A stretch of DNA of 64,000 nucleotides from a phage, in sequence record PZ445454.1; one strand, given 5' to 3'. The notes under the pieces were generated by a model. The model searched no databases. It saw only the letters and a program-made list of their open reading frames with translations, and was not told the DNA's origin. The position numbers and the translations under genes were made by a program. Shown in pieces: positions 10,618 to 27,578 of the stretch (position 1 is the stretch's first letter; every line of letters begins with the position of its first letter).

Positions 10618-11016
10618 ATGAAAACAGAATCTAGAGTAATTAATGGTAAGAAAGTAAATATCGTTCTGCTTGGGGCAAGAGATGGTATTAAAATGTCTAT
10701 GAAGTTGGGTAAAATTGTTGTTCCAACTTTTGCACAGATGCTGTCAAGTCTGACTGACAAGGGTAAGAAGGAGGCTCCGATGGTTCCATTTAAAGAACTT
10801 GTTGAAGCTTGTTTTGACAGAATTGAAGAAATTAACCTTGAAGAGATGGCAACCCTGTTATTTCAAGGGGCAACTGTTGACGACTTCCCACTTAATATTG
10901 ATACGTACTTCCAAGCAAACTACGGTGAGTTCATTGATTACTTAGCATTTGCGCTGGAGGCAAACTTCGGAAGTTTTTTCGAAGCAAGCATTTTCAAAAG
11001 CCTAACTTCTCAGTAA
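10618..11016 (+). CDS. tail assembly chaperone (G-like)
   Basis: 132-aa ORF immediately upstream of tape measure gene; contains slippery site near 3' end. Confidence 0.5.
   Translation: MKTESRVINGKKVNIVLLGARDGIKMSMKLGKIVVPTFAQMLSSLTDKGKKEAPMVPFKELVEACFDRIEEINLEEMATLLFQGATVDDFPLNIDTYFQANYGEFIDYLAFALEANFGSFFEASIFKSLTSQ
10974..10980 (+). other. candidate -1 programmed ribosomal frameshift slippery heptamer T_TTT_TTC
   Basis: X_XXY_YYZ heptamer in frame of 10618..11016; -1 frame is open from here through ORF 11019..11258. Confidence 0.5.
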
Positions 11017-11018
11017 AC

Positions 11019-11257
11019 ATGGGTAACACTCTACAGACACCACTAACTGATGCTGCTGTAGAGGCAACCTATGAAGAAGCAGACGAGATGAAATTTGTGC
11101 TTGCTATTTATGGTATGGAAGGGTGTAAAGAAACACTTGACCAACTCTTTGCTATGACATTCTCTGATTTATTATCATTGAGACAATTTCTTGAAATTCA
11201 GAGGTCGTATAAAGAGGAAATTGCTTACAACGAACTTAGAAGAGCAGGAAAAATGTA

Positions 11258-11258
<1 letters not shown>
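11019..11258 (+). CDS. tail assembly chaperone frameshift extension (GT-like C-terminal part)
   Basis: 79-aa ORF in -1 frame relative to preceding chaperone ORF; open upstream back to the slippery site. Confidence 0.45.
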
Positions 11259-19274
<8,016 letters not shown>

Positions 19275-19276
19275 TA

Positions 19277-20425
19277 ATGGCAGTAGGTGAAATTCAAATT
19301 AGTGCCTTGCCTCAAGCAGCCTTACCGATTGACCTTAGTGATATCTTCCATCTTAAGCAGGGTATTGAGGATAAGAGATGTACTCTTGAGCAACTACTTG
19401 CTCCACACTCAAGCCTAAGAAATAACCCTCATGGTGTTACTAAGACACAAATTGGTTTAGATAATGTTATTAATGCTCTTCAGTTAGTTGCTGCAAATAA
19501 CTTATCAGATATTGTTAATGTAGCTGAGGCAAGAAAAAATCTACAGATTATGTCTTCAGAAGAGGTTAATAGCCTTATTCAACAGCATATTAATGACAAG
19601 AGCAACCCACACAATACAACTAAGGCGCAGGTTGGTTTAAGTAATGTCCAGAACTGGACAACATCTAACCTTTATAATGAAGATGCAGATAAGTATGCTA
19701 CAGCAAGAGCAGTAAATAACTTGTACAAGGCTGTTCAGGCTTCTTATCCAGTAGGTACTATCCATCTCTCTATGAATCCTGCAAACCCCTCTACATATTT
19801 AATTTGTGGAGGTACTTGGGAGTTAGTCTCAAAAGGGAGAGCACTTGTAGGTTATGATAGTGATTCTAGGCCAGTTGGTTCAACGTTTGGTTCACAGACT
19901 ACTGCACTGACGGTTAATAACATCCCTGCACATACCCACTCAGTGTACGTCACTGGTGGTGGTCACACTCATGGTGCAACGGCCTCTATCAGTGCTTTTG
20001 ATTATGGCACTAAAGGTACTACAACGTTTGACTACGGAACAAAGACCGTATCTACTTATGACTATGGCAACAGAACAACAAGTGCTGCTGGCTTAACACA
20101 AACAACATTCATTAACCGTGGCTATGCTGATGGTGGCTGGAGAGGTTTATCGGTTGAGGGGGCAAGCTATGACCCAAGAGCTACATTGACAACAGCTAAC
20201 AACCACACTCACTCTGTAGCAATTGGTGCACATAATCACACGGTTGGTATTGGTGCTCACAGCCATACTGTTGCAATTGGTTCCCACAACCACTCAGCAA
20301 CAGTAACAGTAACCGGAGCAGGTGAGCATTCACACTCTGGTACAACTGGTACAACTGGTTCTGGTCAAGCATTTAGTGTTGAACAGCCATCCTTCGTACT
20401 GTATGTATGGCAGAGAACAGCTTAA
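19277..20425 (+). CDS. tail fiber protein (short paralog) with His-x-His repeat tip
   Basis: N-terminal NPHxxTKxQxGLxNV repeats; C-terminal GAHNHTVGIGAHSHTVAIGSHNHS repeats; C-terminus GSGQAFSV...WQRTA shared with next gene. Confidence 0.65.
   Translation: MAVGEIQISALPQAALPIDLSDIFHLKQGIEDKRCTLEQLLAPHSSLRNNPHGVTKTQIGLDNVINALQLVAANNLSDIVNVAEARKNLQIMSSEEVNSLIQQHINDKSNPHNTTKAQVGLSNVQNWTTSNLYNEDADKYATARAVNNLYKAVQASYPVGTIHLSMNPANPSTYLICGGTWELVSKGRALVGYDSDSRPVGSTFGSQTTALTVNNIPAHTHSVYVTGGGHTHGATASISAFDYGTKGTTTFDYGTKTVSTYDYGNRTTSAAGLTQTTFINRGYADGGWRGLSVEGASYDPRATLTTANNHTHSVAIGAHNHTVGIGAHSHTVAIGSHNHSATVTVTGAGEHSHSGTTGTTGSGQAFSVEQPSFVLYVWQRTA
19920..20340 (+). repeat. His-x-His (HTHS/HNHT/HSHT) coding repeats in tail fiber tip
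   Basis: repeated cac-ac(t/c)-cac codon triplets encoding HxH, spaced by GIGA/VAIG. Confidence 0.6.
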
Positions 20426-20435
20426 TTTCTTTACA

Positions 20436-20455
20436 GGGGCTTTATAGCCCCTTTT
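20436..20455 (+). terminator. rho-independent terminator between tail fiber genes
   Basis: hairpin ggggct/agcccc then TTTT. Confidence 0.5.
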
Positions 20456-20471
20456 AAGAGGAAAATTTATA

Positions 20472-22826
20472 ATGGCAGATTACAAGTTGAGTGAATTAAA
20501 CTCAATCGACACAATCCGTTCAGACGACCTTCTTCATGTCAGGGTTAAAAAGAGACCTGAAATGCTAGGTGATGAAGACCGTCGAATGACCTATCAAGAC
20601 TTCTTAGCATCTTTTAAACTTGAGAGATTTGTTCAGATTGCTGGCAGCACTATGACGGGTGACTTAGGAATTGTCAAGTTACTTTATGGTGGTAAGGCAG
20701 TCTTTGACCCTACAGGTTCTTCTGAGATTAATATTGGGGATGCTTTAAAGGCTTTTAAAATCAACGCAAATGGTCTTAAGTTAACTGTTGCAGATGCTTC
20801 AAGGTCAGCAACTGTTTATCATACTCTGAATAAACCAAGTCCTAATGAACTTGGCATGAGAACTAATGAAGAGAATGATGCAAGATATGCAAGATTAGCT
20901 GTAAATAACACCTTTAGAGCCACTCAGACTATTGTTGCTGACAATGAAGGGTTAATTATTAAGAATTTGACACAAAATCAACCTTTGTATATCCGTGGCG
21001 TGGACACTGCGAATGTATCTAGGTGGTGGTTAGGTGTAGGTGGCATGGACTCTACTGATGTATCCTTAAACAATAGCTTCTCTGGGACACAAATTACTCT
21101 TTCGAGGTCAGTGATTACGGCTAACAAGAATCTCCAAATCACTGGTCAAGTTCAGCCTTCTGACTTCTCTAACTTAGATGCTAGATACTTTACTCAGACA
21201 GCAGCTAATCAGAGATTTGCACAGTTAACTGCTAATAATACTTTTAGTGGTTTAAATACATTCAATAATGCTGTTAACATCATCTCTAATTCTGCTGCTA
21301 TCATGCTGCAAAATAAATCTACAAATGAATCTTTATTCATCCTAGCAAAAGATAGTGAAAATAATAACTTGTGGTATCTTGGTAAGGGTAGTGCAAACTA
21401 TAGTACCACATTACACGATTATAAGGGCAACACCTCGATGGTCTTAGACTCGTCTGGTGCTACATTCAGCAAGACTGTAAAAATCACTGGACAGGTTCAG
21501 CCTTCAGATTGGGCTAACATTGACGCTAGATACATCCCAGCAGGAACTTTGAGTAATCTCGCTAAGCTAAGTGATGCAAACACTTTCAGGTCTGCACAGA
21601 TTATTAATCAGAATGGCTCATTATTACAGCTAAAGAATACTACACAAGATGGAGAGCTATACTTGGCTGGTTATAATGTTGATGGTGTTAGAAGGTGGTA
21701 CATTGGGAATGGGGAAGCATCCAACCCAGAAAGACTTATTATCCATAACAGCAAAACTGCAACTACGATTTATATGATAGATGATTTCTTGCTGACTAAA
21801 ACTGTTAGAATCATTGGTCAAGTTCAGCCTTCTGATTGGACTAACTTAGATGCTAGATACTACGTTCAATCTTCAGCAGATGCGAAGTACATCTGGTCAG
21901 CAGTCAGGGAGACAGTAAGAGCAGAGGATGGTGGTGTAGCTTGGAATAAACCTTCAGGAATCTATCTTGAGATGCTTAAGGGTGGTGGGTCAAACCGTTT
22001 AGTCTCGCACATGTTCGTTAATACGGGAGCATCAACACCTGCTGCACAATTGATGTTTGATTATAGAAATGGTGGGATGTGGTACAGAACAGCCAGAGAC
22101 GCACATGGTTTTGAGGAGGATTGGTCTAAGATTTACACAGAGGCTCAGAAACCAACCCCTTCAGAGATTGGTGCATACACTAAAACTGAAACTGACCAGA
22201 AGATTGCACAGGCAGTAAGTGACTCTACAGACCTTAATAAAATCTATCCAGTGGGTATTGTGACATGGTTTAACAGTAATGTTGACCCTAATACAGCACT
22301 GCCTGGTCTAACTTGGACGTACCTCAACAATGGTGTTGGTAGAACTATCAGAATTGCAGCAGCAAATGGTTCAGATGTTGCTACAACTGGTGGTTCGGAC
22401 TCTGTGACGTTAGCTGTTGGGAACTTGCCTTCACACACGCACAGTTTTTCTGCTACCACTTCATCTTTTGACTACGGAACAAAAAGCACTAACACGACTG
22501 GTTCTCACGCTCACTCTGTAAGTGGCTCTACTTCATCTGCTGGTCACCACAACCACGCTATCTCGTGGATTGGTCAGAACTCTACACACTATTCTGGTGG
22601 TGGTGGTGGTAGAATCGGTACAGGTCCGGGTTACACTGATGGGGGTGGTGACCACGCGCATTCAATTAGTGGTACTGCCGCCTATGCTGGTGACCATGCT
22701 CACAGTGTTGGTATTGGTGCTCACAGCCATACAGTTAGCGGTAACACTGGTGGTACAGGTTCTGGTTCAGCATTTAGTGTTACTAACCAGTTCTACAAGT
22801 TAATGGCTTGGGTGAGAACTGCTTAA
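20472..22826 (+). CDS. tail fiber protein (long paralog) with triplicated internal motif and His-x-His repeat tip
   Basis: three copies of I(T/I)GQVQPSD(F/W)xN(L/I)DARY; C-terminal HTHS, HAHS, HSHT repeats and GSGSAFSV...WVRTA ending. Confidence 0.7.
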   Translation: MADYKLSELNSIDTIRSDDLLHVRVKKRPEMLGDEDRRMTYQDFLASFKLERFVQIAGSTMTGDLGIVKLLYGGKAVFDPTGSSEINIGDALKAFKINANGLKLTVADASRSATVYHTLNKPSPNELGMRTNEENDARYARLAVNNTFRATQTIVADNEGLIIKNLTQNQPLYIRGVDTANVSRWWLGVGGMDSTDVSLNNSFSGTQITLSRSVITANKNLQITGQVQPSDFSNLDARYFTQTAANQRFAQLTANNTFSGLNTFNNAVNIISNSAAIMLQNKSTNESLFILAKDSENNNLWYLGKGSANYSTTLHDYKGNTSMVLDSSGATFSKTVKITGQVQPSDWANIDARYIPAGTLSNLAKLSDANTFRSAQIINQNGSLLQLKNTTQDGELYLAGYNVDGVRRWYIGNGEASNPERLIIHNSKTATTIYMIDDFLLTKTVRIIGQVQPSDWTNLDARYYVQSSADAKYIWSAVRETVRAEDGGVAWNKPSGIYLEMLKGGGSNRLVSHMFVNTGASTPAAQLMFDYRNGGMWYRTARDAHGFEEDWSKIYTEAQKPTPSEIGAYTKTETDQKIAQAVSDSTDLNKIYPVGIVTWFNSNVDPNTALPGLTWTYLNNGVGRTIRIAAANGSDVATTGGSDSVTLAVGNLPSHTHSFSATTSSFDYGTKSTNTTGSHAHSVSGSTSSAGHHNHAISWIGQNSTHYSGGGGGRIGTGPGYTDGGGDHAHSISGTAAYAGDHAHSVGIGAHSHTVSGNTGGTGSGSAFSVTNQFYKLMAWVRTA
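21130..21870 (+). repeat. three dispersed direct repeats inside long tail fiber gene
   Basis: near-identical about 47-nt segments (ggtcaagttcagccttctga...ttagatgctagatac) at about 21140 and 21812, diverged copy at about 21484. Confidence 0.6.
22425..22745 (+). repeat. His-x-His coding repeats in long tail fiber tip
   Basis: LPSHTHSF, GSHAHSV, GHHNHAI, GDHAHSI, GDHAHSVGIGAHSHTV. Confidence 0.6.
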
Positions 22827-22833
22827 TCCCTTG

Positions 22834-22862
22834 TTGACTGATTGTTAAGATGGTGTTAATAT
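22834..22862 (+). promoter_or_regulatory. sigma70-like promoter candidate TTGACT-N17-TAATAT overlapped by 9-bp inverted repeat
   Basis: TTGACT then 17 nt then TAATAT; inverted repeat aagatggtg (about 22847) / caccatctt (about 22879) spans the -10 and start region. Confidence 0.4.
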
Positions 22863-22905
22863 TCTTTATGGGTATTCTCACCATCTTGGCTGATGAGGTG
22901 ATTAA

Positions 22906-23103
22906 ATGCCTACAATCCTAGCAATTCTTCTAAAAAATCTAGGTAGCTTCTTCTGGAAACTCATTTTATCCCTTCTAAGTGAATACATGATTGAGAAAGT
23001 GTTCTTTAGGCTTGCAAGATATCTTGCGAGTAAAACAGACACACCTATTGATGATGAGTTCGTAGATAACTTAGAAAAAGCTTTTAAGGGGGAGAATAAA
23101 TGA
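22906..23103 (+). CDS. small hydrophobic protein (membrane; holin or fiber-associated candidate)
   Basis: 65 aa; hydrophobic N-terminus ILAILLKNLGSFFWKLILSLL. Confidence 0.4.
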   Translation: MPTILAILLKNLGSFFWKLILSLLSEYMIEKVFFRLARYLASKTDTPIDDEFVDNLEKAFKGENK

Positions 23104-23471
23104 AGTGGCTAGAGGAAGCTTTTAAAAATAATATTGGTGCAATTGTAGTTGGTATTTTTAGTGTTATTGGGATGTATACCACCATGCAAGTCTCGGATGG
23201 TAAGCAAGAAGTGTCTATCACAACAAAGTTACAGCAGTTAGATAATTATTCCAAAAGTAATTATTCAGCTATTCGTGATTTACAGTCTGATATGAGGCTG
23301 CTTCAGCTAGGGATGGAGAACCAGAAAGTCCAGTTAGAGAATGTTAAGGGTGAGAACGCAAAACTTACTAAGACTCTTGATAAATTCTCTGATAGTGTGA
23401 ACAATCTGGCTCAATCAGTATCAGCCCTCCAAGCTATTACTGAAAAGAACACAAAGAATACTGAAAAGTAA
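23100..23471 (+). CDS. membrane-anchored coiled-coil protein
   Basis: 123 aa; N-terminal TM IGAIVVGIFSVIGMY then heptad-like QLDN...LQLGMENQ region. Confidence 0.4.
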   Translation: MKWLEEAFKNNIGAIVVGIFSVIGMYTTMQVSDGKQEVSITTKLQQLDNYSKSNYSAIRDLQSDMRLLQLGMENQKVQLENVKGENAKLTKTLDKFSDSVNNLAQSVSALQAITEKNTKNTEK

Positions 23472-23477
23472 AGTTTA

Positions 23478-23506
23478 AGGCTCCTTTTTACGGGAGCCTT
23501 TTTTGT
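23478..23506. terminator. terminator hairpin between convergent blocks
   Basis: aaggctcc / ggagcctt stem followed by TTTTTTGTTTT on plus strand. Confidence 0.6.
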
Positions 23507-23507
23507 T

Positions 23508-24407
23508 TTATTTACCTACTGACAAAGGTGCTTCAATCTTCCCTGCATGTTGATAGTTGCTAATACCACCAATAAAGTCACTTGCAGTAAGATGTTTCAG
23601 GTCACTTAAAGTATTAAGTTGTAAACCAATCTCAAAAGTAGGTGCATGGAACTCTTCATTGCTCATCAGTTCATAAACCTGCTTCATATGGTTCTGATAA
23701 ATCTGAGTATCCCCAAAGACACCTATCAAATATCGTGGAGTGTATCCAGTCATCTTACAAAGAACTTCCAGAATAAAACCATAAGACGCAATGTTAAAGG
23801 GAAGTCCTAGAAAGGTGTCTACAGAACGCTGATACCATTGTAAGTCAACTTCACCTTCATTAGTGATATAAATCTGAAACAGAACATGACAAGGTGCTAA
23901 AGCCATTGAGTTTGCTGCAATATCTGCTGCATTCCAAGCATTAACTAGCATGTAACGGTCTGTGATATCACCCTTCATCTTTGTTACTAAGGTCTCTAAC
24001 TGGTCTACAACACAACCATTATGACCTTCAAAGTTTCTCCACTGAACTCCGTAGATTCTTCCACCTGCATCTTCTAACCAATCCTGTTCAGAAGAATAAT
24101 TAGAGCTTAACCAGCGTTTAAAATCATCTGACCAGATTGTCCAGCGTTCTCCGTCATTTTCACCCCAAGTACGGTAACGAAGTTCACCAAGCTTATTCTC
24201 ACCGTTCAGGAACCATAAAGCTTCCCCAATAACTTGCCGTGTAAACACCTGTTTAGATGTTAAGAGCGGGAAACCAGTTCGCATATCAAAACGAAACTGA
24301 GGTGGAGCAAATGCAGAGATAACATCTCCAGTTCGTGTAGTACGCAGTTCGCCAACAGATAAAACATGGTTCAGGATATTTTTGTAACTTGTATCTGCTT
24401 GTGACAT
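23508..24407 (-). CDS. thyA: thymidylate synthase (or related dUMP/dCMP pyrimidine C5-modifying enzyme)
   Basis: ThyA-like signatures: catalytic-Cys region LAPCHVLFQIY, and YQRSVDTFLGLPFNIASY. Confidence 0.7.
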   Translation of the reverse strand: MSQADTSYKNILNHVLSVGELRTTRTGDVISAFAPPQFRFDMRTGFPLLTSKQVFTRQVIGEALWFLNGENKLGELRYRTWGENDGERWTIWSDDFKRWLSSNYSSEQDWLEDAGGRIYGVQWRNFEGHNGCVVDQLETLVTKMKGDITDRYMLVNAWNAADIAANSMALAPCHVLFQIYITNEGEVDLQWYQRSVDTFLGLPFNIASYGFILEVLCKMTGYTPRYLIGVFGDTQIYQNHMKQVYELMSNEEFHAPTFEIGLQLNTLSDLKHLTASDFIGGISNYQHAGKIEAPLSVGK

Positions 24408-24408
24408 A

Positions 24409-24954
24409 TCAAAAGTGTCCTTTTACTTGTGGAACATAAATTTCAAAAGTTGCTTTACCATCCTCTGATGGTTTTGACTGTACCTTTGTAAACACACGGT
24501 TATCATACAGCTTCTCAAAGAAGTTTTCAAAAGGTAAATGCACGGTGGCCTCTTCAGTAACTTTATGGAAAACAGTATGGAACACCACACTAGCATACGG
24601 TAAAGCATTGACAAGGATACCTGCACCACCAATTACAAAGACATCTTCATCAATAGAGCTATCAAGATACTTCAAAAATGCTCCAAATGACTCTTTACTG
24701 GCTTTAGCATACATTACATCATCTTTGCCAAAGTCTATGCCTAAGTATGGTACAGAATTTGTTAAGATGAGGTTTGCACGTTCTGGTAAAGGTTTACTAC
24801 CCAGAGTCTTGAAAGTTTCATTACCCATCACTACTAAGTTATTTTTAGTGAGTCTCTTAAACTCTTGCATGTCCTGTTTATGTCGAGGCCACGGCATACC
24901 AGTTGGAGTACCAAACTCACCATTTTCACCACTTGCAAAGATTAATTTAATCAT
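24409..24954 (-). CDS. folA: dihydrofolate reductase
   Basis: 181 aa; N-terminal IFASGENGEFGTPTGMPW DHFR signature; adjacent to thyA. Confidence 0.7.
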   Translation of the reverse strand: MIKLIFASGENGEFGTPTGMPWPRHKQDMQEFKRLTKNNLVVMGNETFKTLGSKPLPERANLILTNSVPYLGIDFGKDDVMYAKASKESFGAFLKYLDSSIDEDVFVIGGAGILVNALPYASVVFHTVFHKVTEEATVHLPFENFFEKLYDNRVFTKVQSKPSEDGKATFEIYVPQVKGHF

Positions 24955-25211
24955 TTTGTAAATCCTTTCTTAATAAACCAGTTGATAACATTCTTCACAG
25001 CTTTATTGCTATGGTAGATTAAGTGTGGTGTAGGTTGGTATGAACCATAAGCCCAGAATGATAGATGCTCACCACAACCAACACATGTTGTACTCTCTTC
25101 AGCTATATGACCATTAACAATCACATGAACTTCACCTTGTAAGTCTGTACATCCACAATGTGGGCATCGGATAGGTGTTCCATCAGACTCATAGCAGTGT
25201 TCAATTTTCAT
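24951..25211 (-). CDS. small zinc-ribbon protein
   Basis: 86 aa; CPHCGC ... CVGCG cysteine pairs. Confidence 0.45.
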   Translation of the reverse strand: MKIEHCYESDGTPIRCPHCGCTDLQGEVHVIVNGHIAEESTTCVGCGEHLSFWAYGSYQPTPHLIYHSNKAVKNVINWFIKKGFTK

Positions 25212-25733
25212 CTATTTAACCTCAAAAACTGGCTCAAGAACCAATATAAAGTCTACACAGTCATCTTCTTCATCCAGAATACCATCAAAGTTCTTAGGAA
25301 CGAAGTCGAAGAGGCTCATAACAAAACAGTCAGAAGTAACCCTAATAGTCCCTCCCATGTTCTCTACAGTCAACACTGTACGACTTTCTTTTACCTCCCT
25401 CAGAAGATTACTCACAAAGTCATCTAAGAAATACTTCATTAGTGACTTGAAACCTTTAGGGTAATCTGTACCAGAGTATGTTTCAATCTGTGGTACAAGC
25501 TTAACATTTATACTAGTCTTTGTTAAGAATGTATTAGAGAACATACTATCAGGTAACTTACAAACAGTCTTTCCAGTACCTTCATGTTCAATCTCAACAA
25601 AACCAGCTTCATCGCCACATGTAACTATTTTAAAAGATGCTTCATTCTCATACTGTGAAGCCATAAACTTTTTAAGCATCACTTTAAGGAAGTCTGCATG
25701 AGCATCTTGTAAGAAGATATCAATCATAGTCAA
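25212..25733 (-). CDS. hypothetical protein
   Basis: 173-aa ORF in tightly packed minus-strand operon. Confidence 0.45.
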   Translation of the reverse strand: MTMIDIFLQDAHADFLKVMLKKFMASQYENEASFKIVTCGDEAGFVEIEHEGTGKTVCKLPDSMFSNTFLTKTSINVKLVPQIETYSGTDYPKGFKSLMKYFLDDFVSNLLREVKESRTVLTVENMGGTIRVTSDCFVMSLFDFVPKNFDGILDEEDDCVDFILVLEPVFEVK

Positions 25734-25740
25734 TCACCTA

Positions 25741-26100
25741 TTATGGGAACAAGCACTTAATGTCATCGTTTTTGAAAACAAAACTTGTGTAGTTATGACC
25801 ATCAACATCCAGCCAAACAGCCTGAACATCCACACCATCAAGATTTTGGTAAAGCTCTTTGATGAAGTGGTCTTTTACAATCTGACTGCTAGTTGTTTCC
25901 AACTTAATGTTCGAGATTGCTGAACCTACAGCCATATAGCCCATGACACGTTTCTTCTCAGTATGCTTAATCTTACCATCTTTGTAAGCCATAATGAGAT
26001 TGGAAAGAATCTTTACACCATAATACTTTTCAAGGTGAGTAGGTACACCATAAAAGCCTAATGCGAAGTTTTCAGAGTGGATAATGTTTTCACGTTTCAT
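25741..26100 (-). CDS. hypothetical protein
   Basis: 119-aa ORF. Confidence 0.45.
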   Translation of the reverse strand: MKRENIIHSENFALGFYGVPTHLEKYYGVKILSNLIMAYKDGKIKHTEKKRVMGYMAVGSAISNIKLETTSSQIVKDHFIKELYQNLDGVDVQAVWLDVDGHNYTSFVFKNDDIKCLFP

Positions 26101-26101
26101 A

Positions 26102-26401
26102 TTAATCTGCCAACCTTAAATTGAAATTAACACCAAATTTTTCACATACTTCCAACATATACTCAAGGGAGACGTTACCAGTGAGATGGATTATGTTGGA
26201 TACACGAGCCTGAGAGATACCACAAATTTTAGCAACTTGCTCTTGAGAAAGACCTCTTGATTTAATCTCTCTCTTAAAACGATGTGCAACAAAGTCTCTC
26301 ATTTCGTCTACATCCATTGGACAAATATAACTCTCCATTTCAGCCTCTCTATCAGCCTCCCAATCATCTTGTGGGGCATAAGGGTCAAAAACCTCATTCA
26401 T
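26102..26401 (-). CDS. helix-turn-helix DNA-binding protein (putative transcriptional regulator)
   Basis: LSQEQVAKICGISQARVSNI HTH motif; start chosen at internal ATG (MNEVFD) with RBS GGAAGAAGAAAG; track ORF extends to 26431. Confidence 0.5.
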   Translation of the reverse strand: MNEVFDPYAPQDDWEADREAEMESYICPMDVDEMRDFVAHRFKREIKSRGLSQEQVAKICGISQARVSNIIHLTGNVSLEYMLEVCEKFGVNFNLRLAD

Positions 26402-26606
26402 CTTTCTTCTTCCGTTTGCGTGAAGTATCAATCAATGAATCTATATTTGTAGCCCTAACCTTTTCACGTTCATCATTAAGATAATCATCAAGAGCCTTTT
26501 CAATCTGTGAATCATCTTGACAAATGACTGTAAAGACTGTAAAGCCGTCTGTATCATCAATTATCTTACCATAACCGCTTCTGGGATGTAACTTTTTAAG
26601 AGCCAT
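26394..26606 (-). CDS. hypothetical small protein with basic C-terminus
   Basis: 70 aa; ends RKRKKKDE. Confidence 0.4.
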   Translation of the reverse strand: MALKKLHPRSGYGKIIDDTDGFTVFTVICQDDSQIEKALDDYLNDEREKVRATNIDSLIDTSRKRKKKDE

Positions 26607-26607
26607 A

Positions 26608-26991
26608 TCAAATACCTGTGCAGCTTCTGTTTTCTAAGAAATACTCAACACCATACATAGCTTTTTGCATCAAATCTTCTTTAAACTGGATACGATGATT
26701 GAGCATAACCTGTACATCAATATCATCATGGTGTTTCTCTTTAATATTTGCAGATTGCAGGAAATACTCTGCAAGAACGCGATACTGGTAGTCAGTCACC
26801 TTATCAGTCATCTCTGTCAAAGACTCTTCAGAGATTGGTTTAAGTAACTCACCTTTAGATAGCGCAACACCTTTAACAATCTGGCAAGTGTCTTCTGGAA
26901 CACCTGATAAGTCCACATTTGGAAGTTCTGTTGCATTAACTGGTAAATTCATTGCCATAACCATTGCAGCAGCTAATAAAACCTTTTTCAT
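26608..26991 (-). CDS. predicted secreted/periplasmic protein
   Basis: 127 aa; N-terminal signal peptide MKKVLLAAAMVMAMNLPVNA. Confidence 0.5.
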   Translation of the reverse strand: MKKVLLAAAMVMAMNLPVNATELPNVDLSGVPEDTCQIVKGVALSKGELLKPISEESLTEMTDKVTDYQYRVLAEYFLQSANIKEKHHDDIDVQVMLNHRIQFKEDLMQKAMYGVEYFLENRSCTGI

Positions 26992-27110
26992 AATGACCTC
27001 AAAGTTATATTAAATTTTGTATTACATTGAGTATAAAAATAAGCTATAACACCTGACTTGTCAACAGATTTTATAGCTTATTTGGCAGATTTTTTATAAG
27101 GCTACTGCCA

Positions 27111-27204
27111 TCCTTCCATACCTTACCTTACCACACCTAACCATACCTAACCATACCTAACCATACCTAACCATACCTAACCAAACTACACCATACAATA
27201 CCTT
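27111..27204. repeat. tandem 10-bp repeat array (CCATACCTAA, 4 perfect copies plus about 5 degenerate)
   Basis: read directly: tccttccata ccttacctta ccacacctaa (ccatacctaa)x4 ccaaactaca ccatacaata. Confidence 0.85.
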
Positions 27205-27270
27205 GTTAAAAGACCCTCTTAAAAGACCTTTTAAAAAGGTAAGTCTCATTTTAATGTAGTTGAGACTAAC

Positions 27271-27330
27271 TACCCATACCAAACAGCACCGCACTATGCC
27301 TTACCCCACCTCACCGAGCCTCGCCCCACA
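27271..27330. repeat. C/A-rich low-G tract (plus strand) in otherwise AT-rich genome
   Basis: tacccataccaaacagcaccgcactatgccttaccccacctcaccgagcctcgccccaca. Confidence 0.6.
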
Positions 27331-27410
27331 TCACTTAAAAACCCTTTTCAAAGACTCTTAAGTGATGCTGGTGAGTACCCGTTGGTTTATGCTGCTCAGT
27401 ATACTCACCA
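27329..27410. promoter_or_regulatory. pair of inverted repeats (10-bp catcacttaa/ttaagtgatg; 9-bp tggtgagta/tactcacca)
   Basis: read directly; arms separated by about 19 and 24 nt. Confidence 0.6.
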
Positions 27411-27431
27411 AATTTTCTATGTCAACAACTT

Positions 27432-27578
27432 TTATATAAAAGTCCTGATAGCTATATGTGTTACAAAACAGAAGATTGTGAACAAGACACCCATTGCAAA
27501 GGATGTGTTCAAAAGTTTACTTGTTATGTAAGACAACACAAAGATAACTAATGCAAATAGTATGATTATGCTTAGCAT
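27432..27578 (-). CDS. possible 48-aa hydrophobic peptide downstream of ligase
   Basis: ATG 3 nt after ligase stop; translation MLSIIILFALVIFVLSYITSKLL...; no clear RBS, below ORF-track size cutoff. Confidence 0.25.
   Translation of the reverse strand: MLSIIILFALVIFVLSYITSKLLNTSFAMGVLFTIFCFVTHIAIRTFI

Noticed and set aside
22522-22803. 93-aa plus-strand ORF (LVTTTTL..., Val/Leu-rich)
   Set aside because: Alternative frame inside the His-repeat region of the tail fiber gene; it arises from the repetitive GGT/CAC codon composition and is not an independent gene.
27111-27204. Possible CRISPR array suggested by short tandem repeats
   Set aside because: Repeat units are only 10 bp and directly abut each other with no unique spacers; no cas genes are present, so this is a simple tandem repeat.
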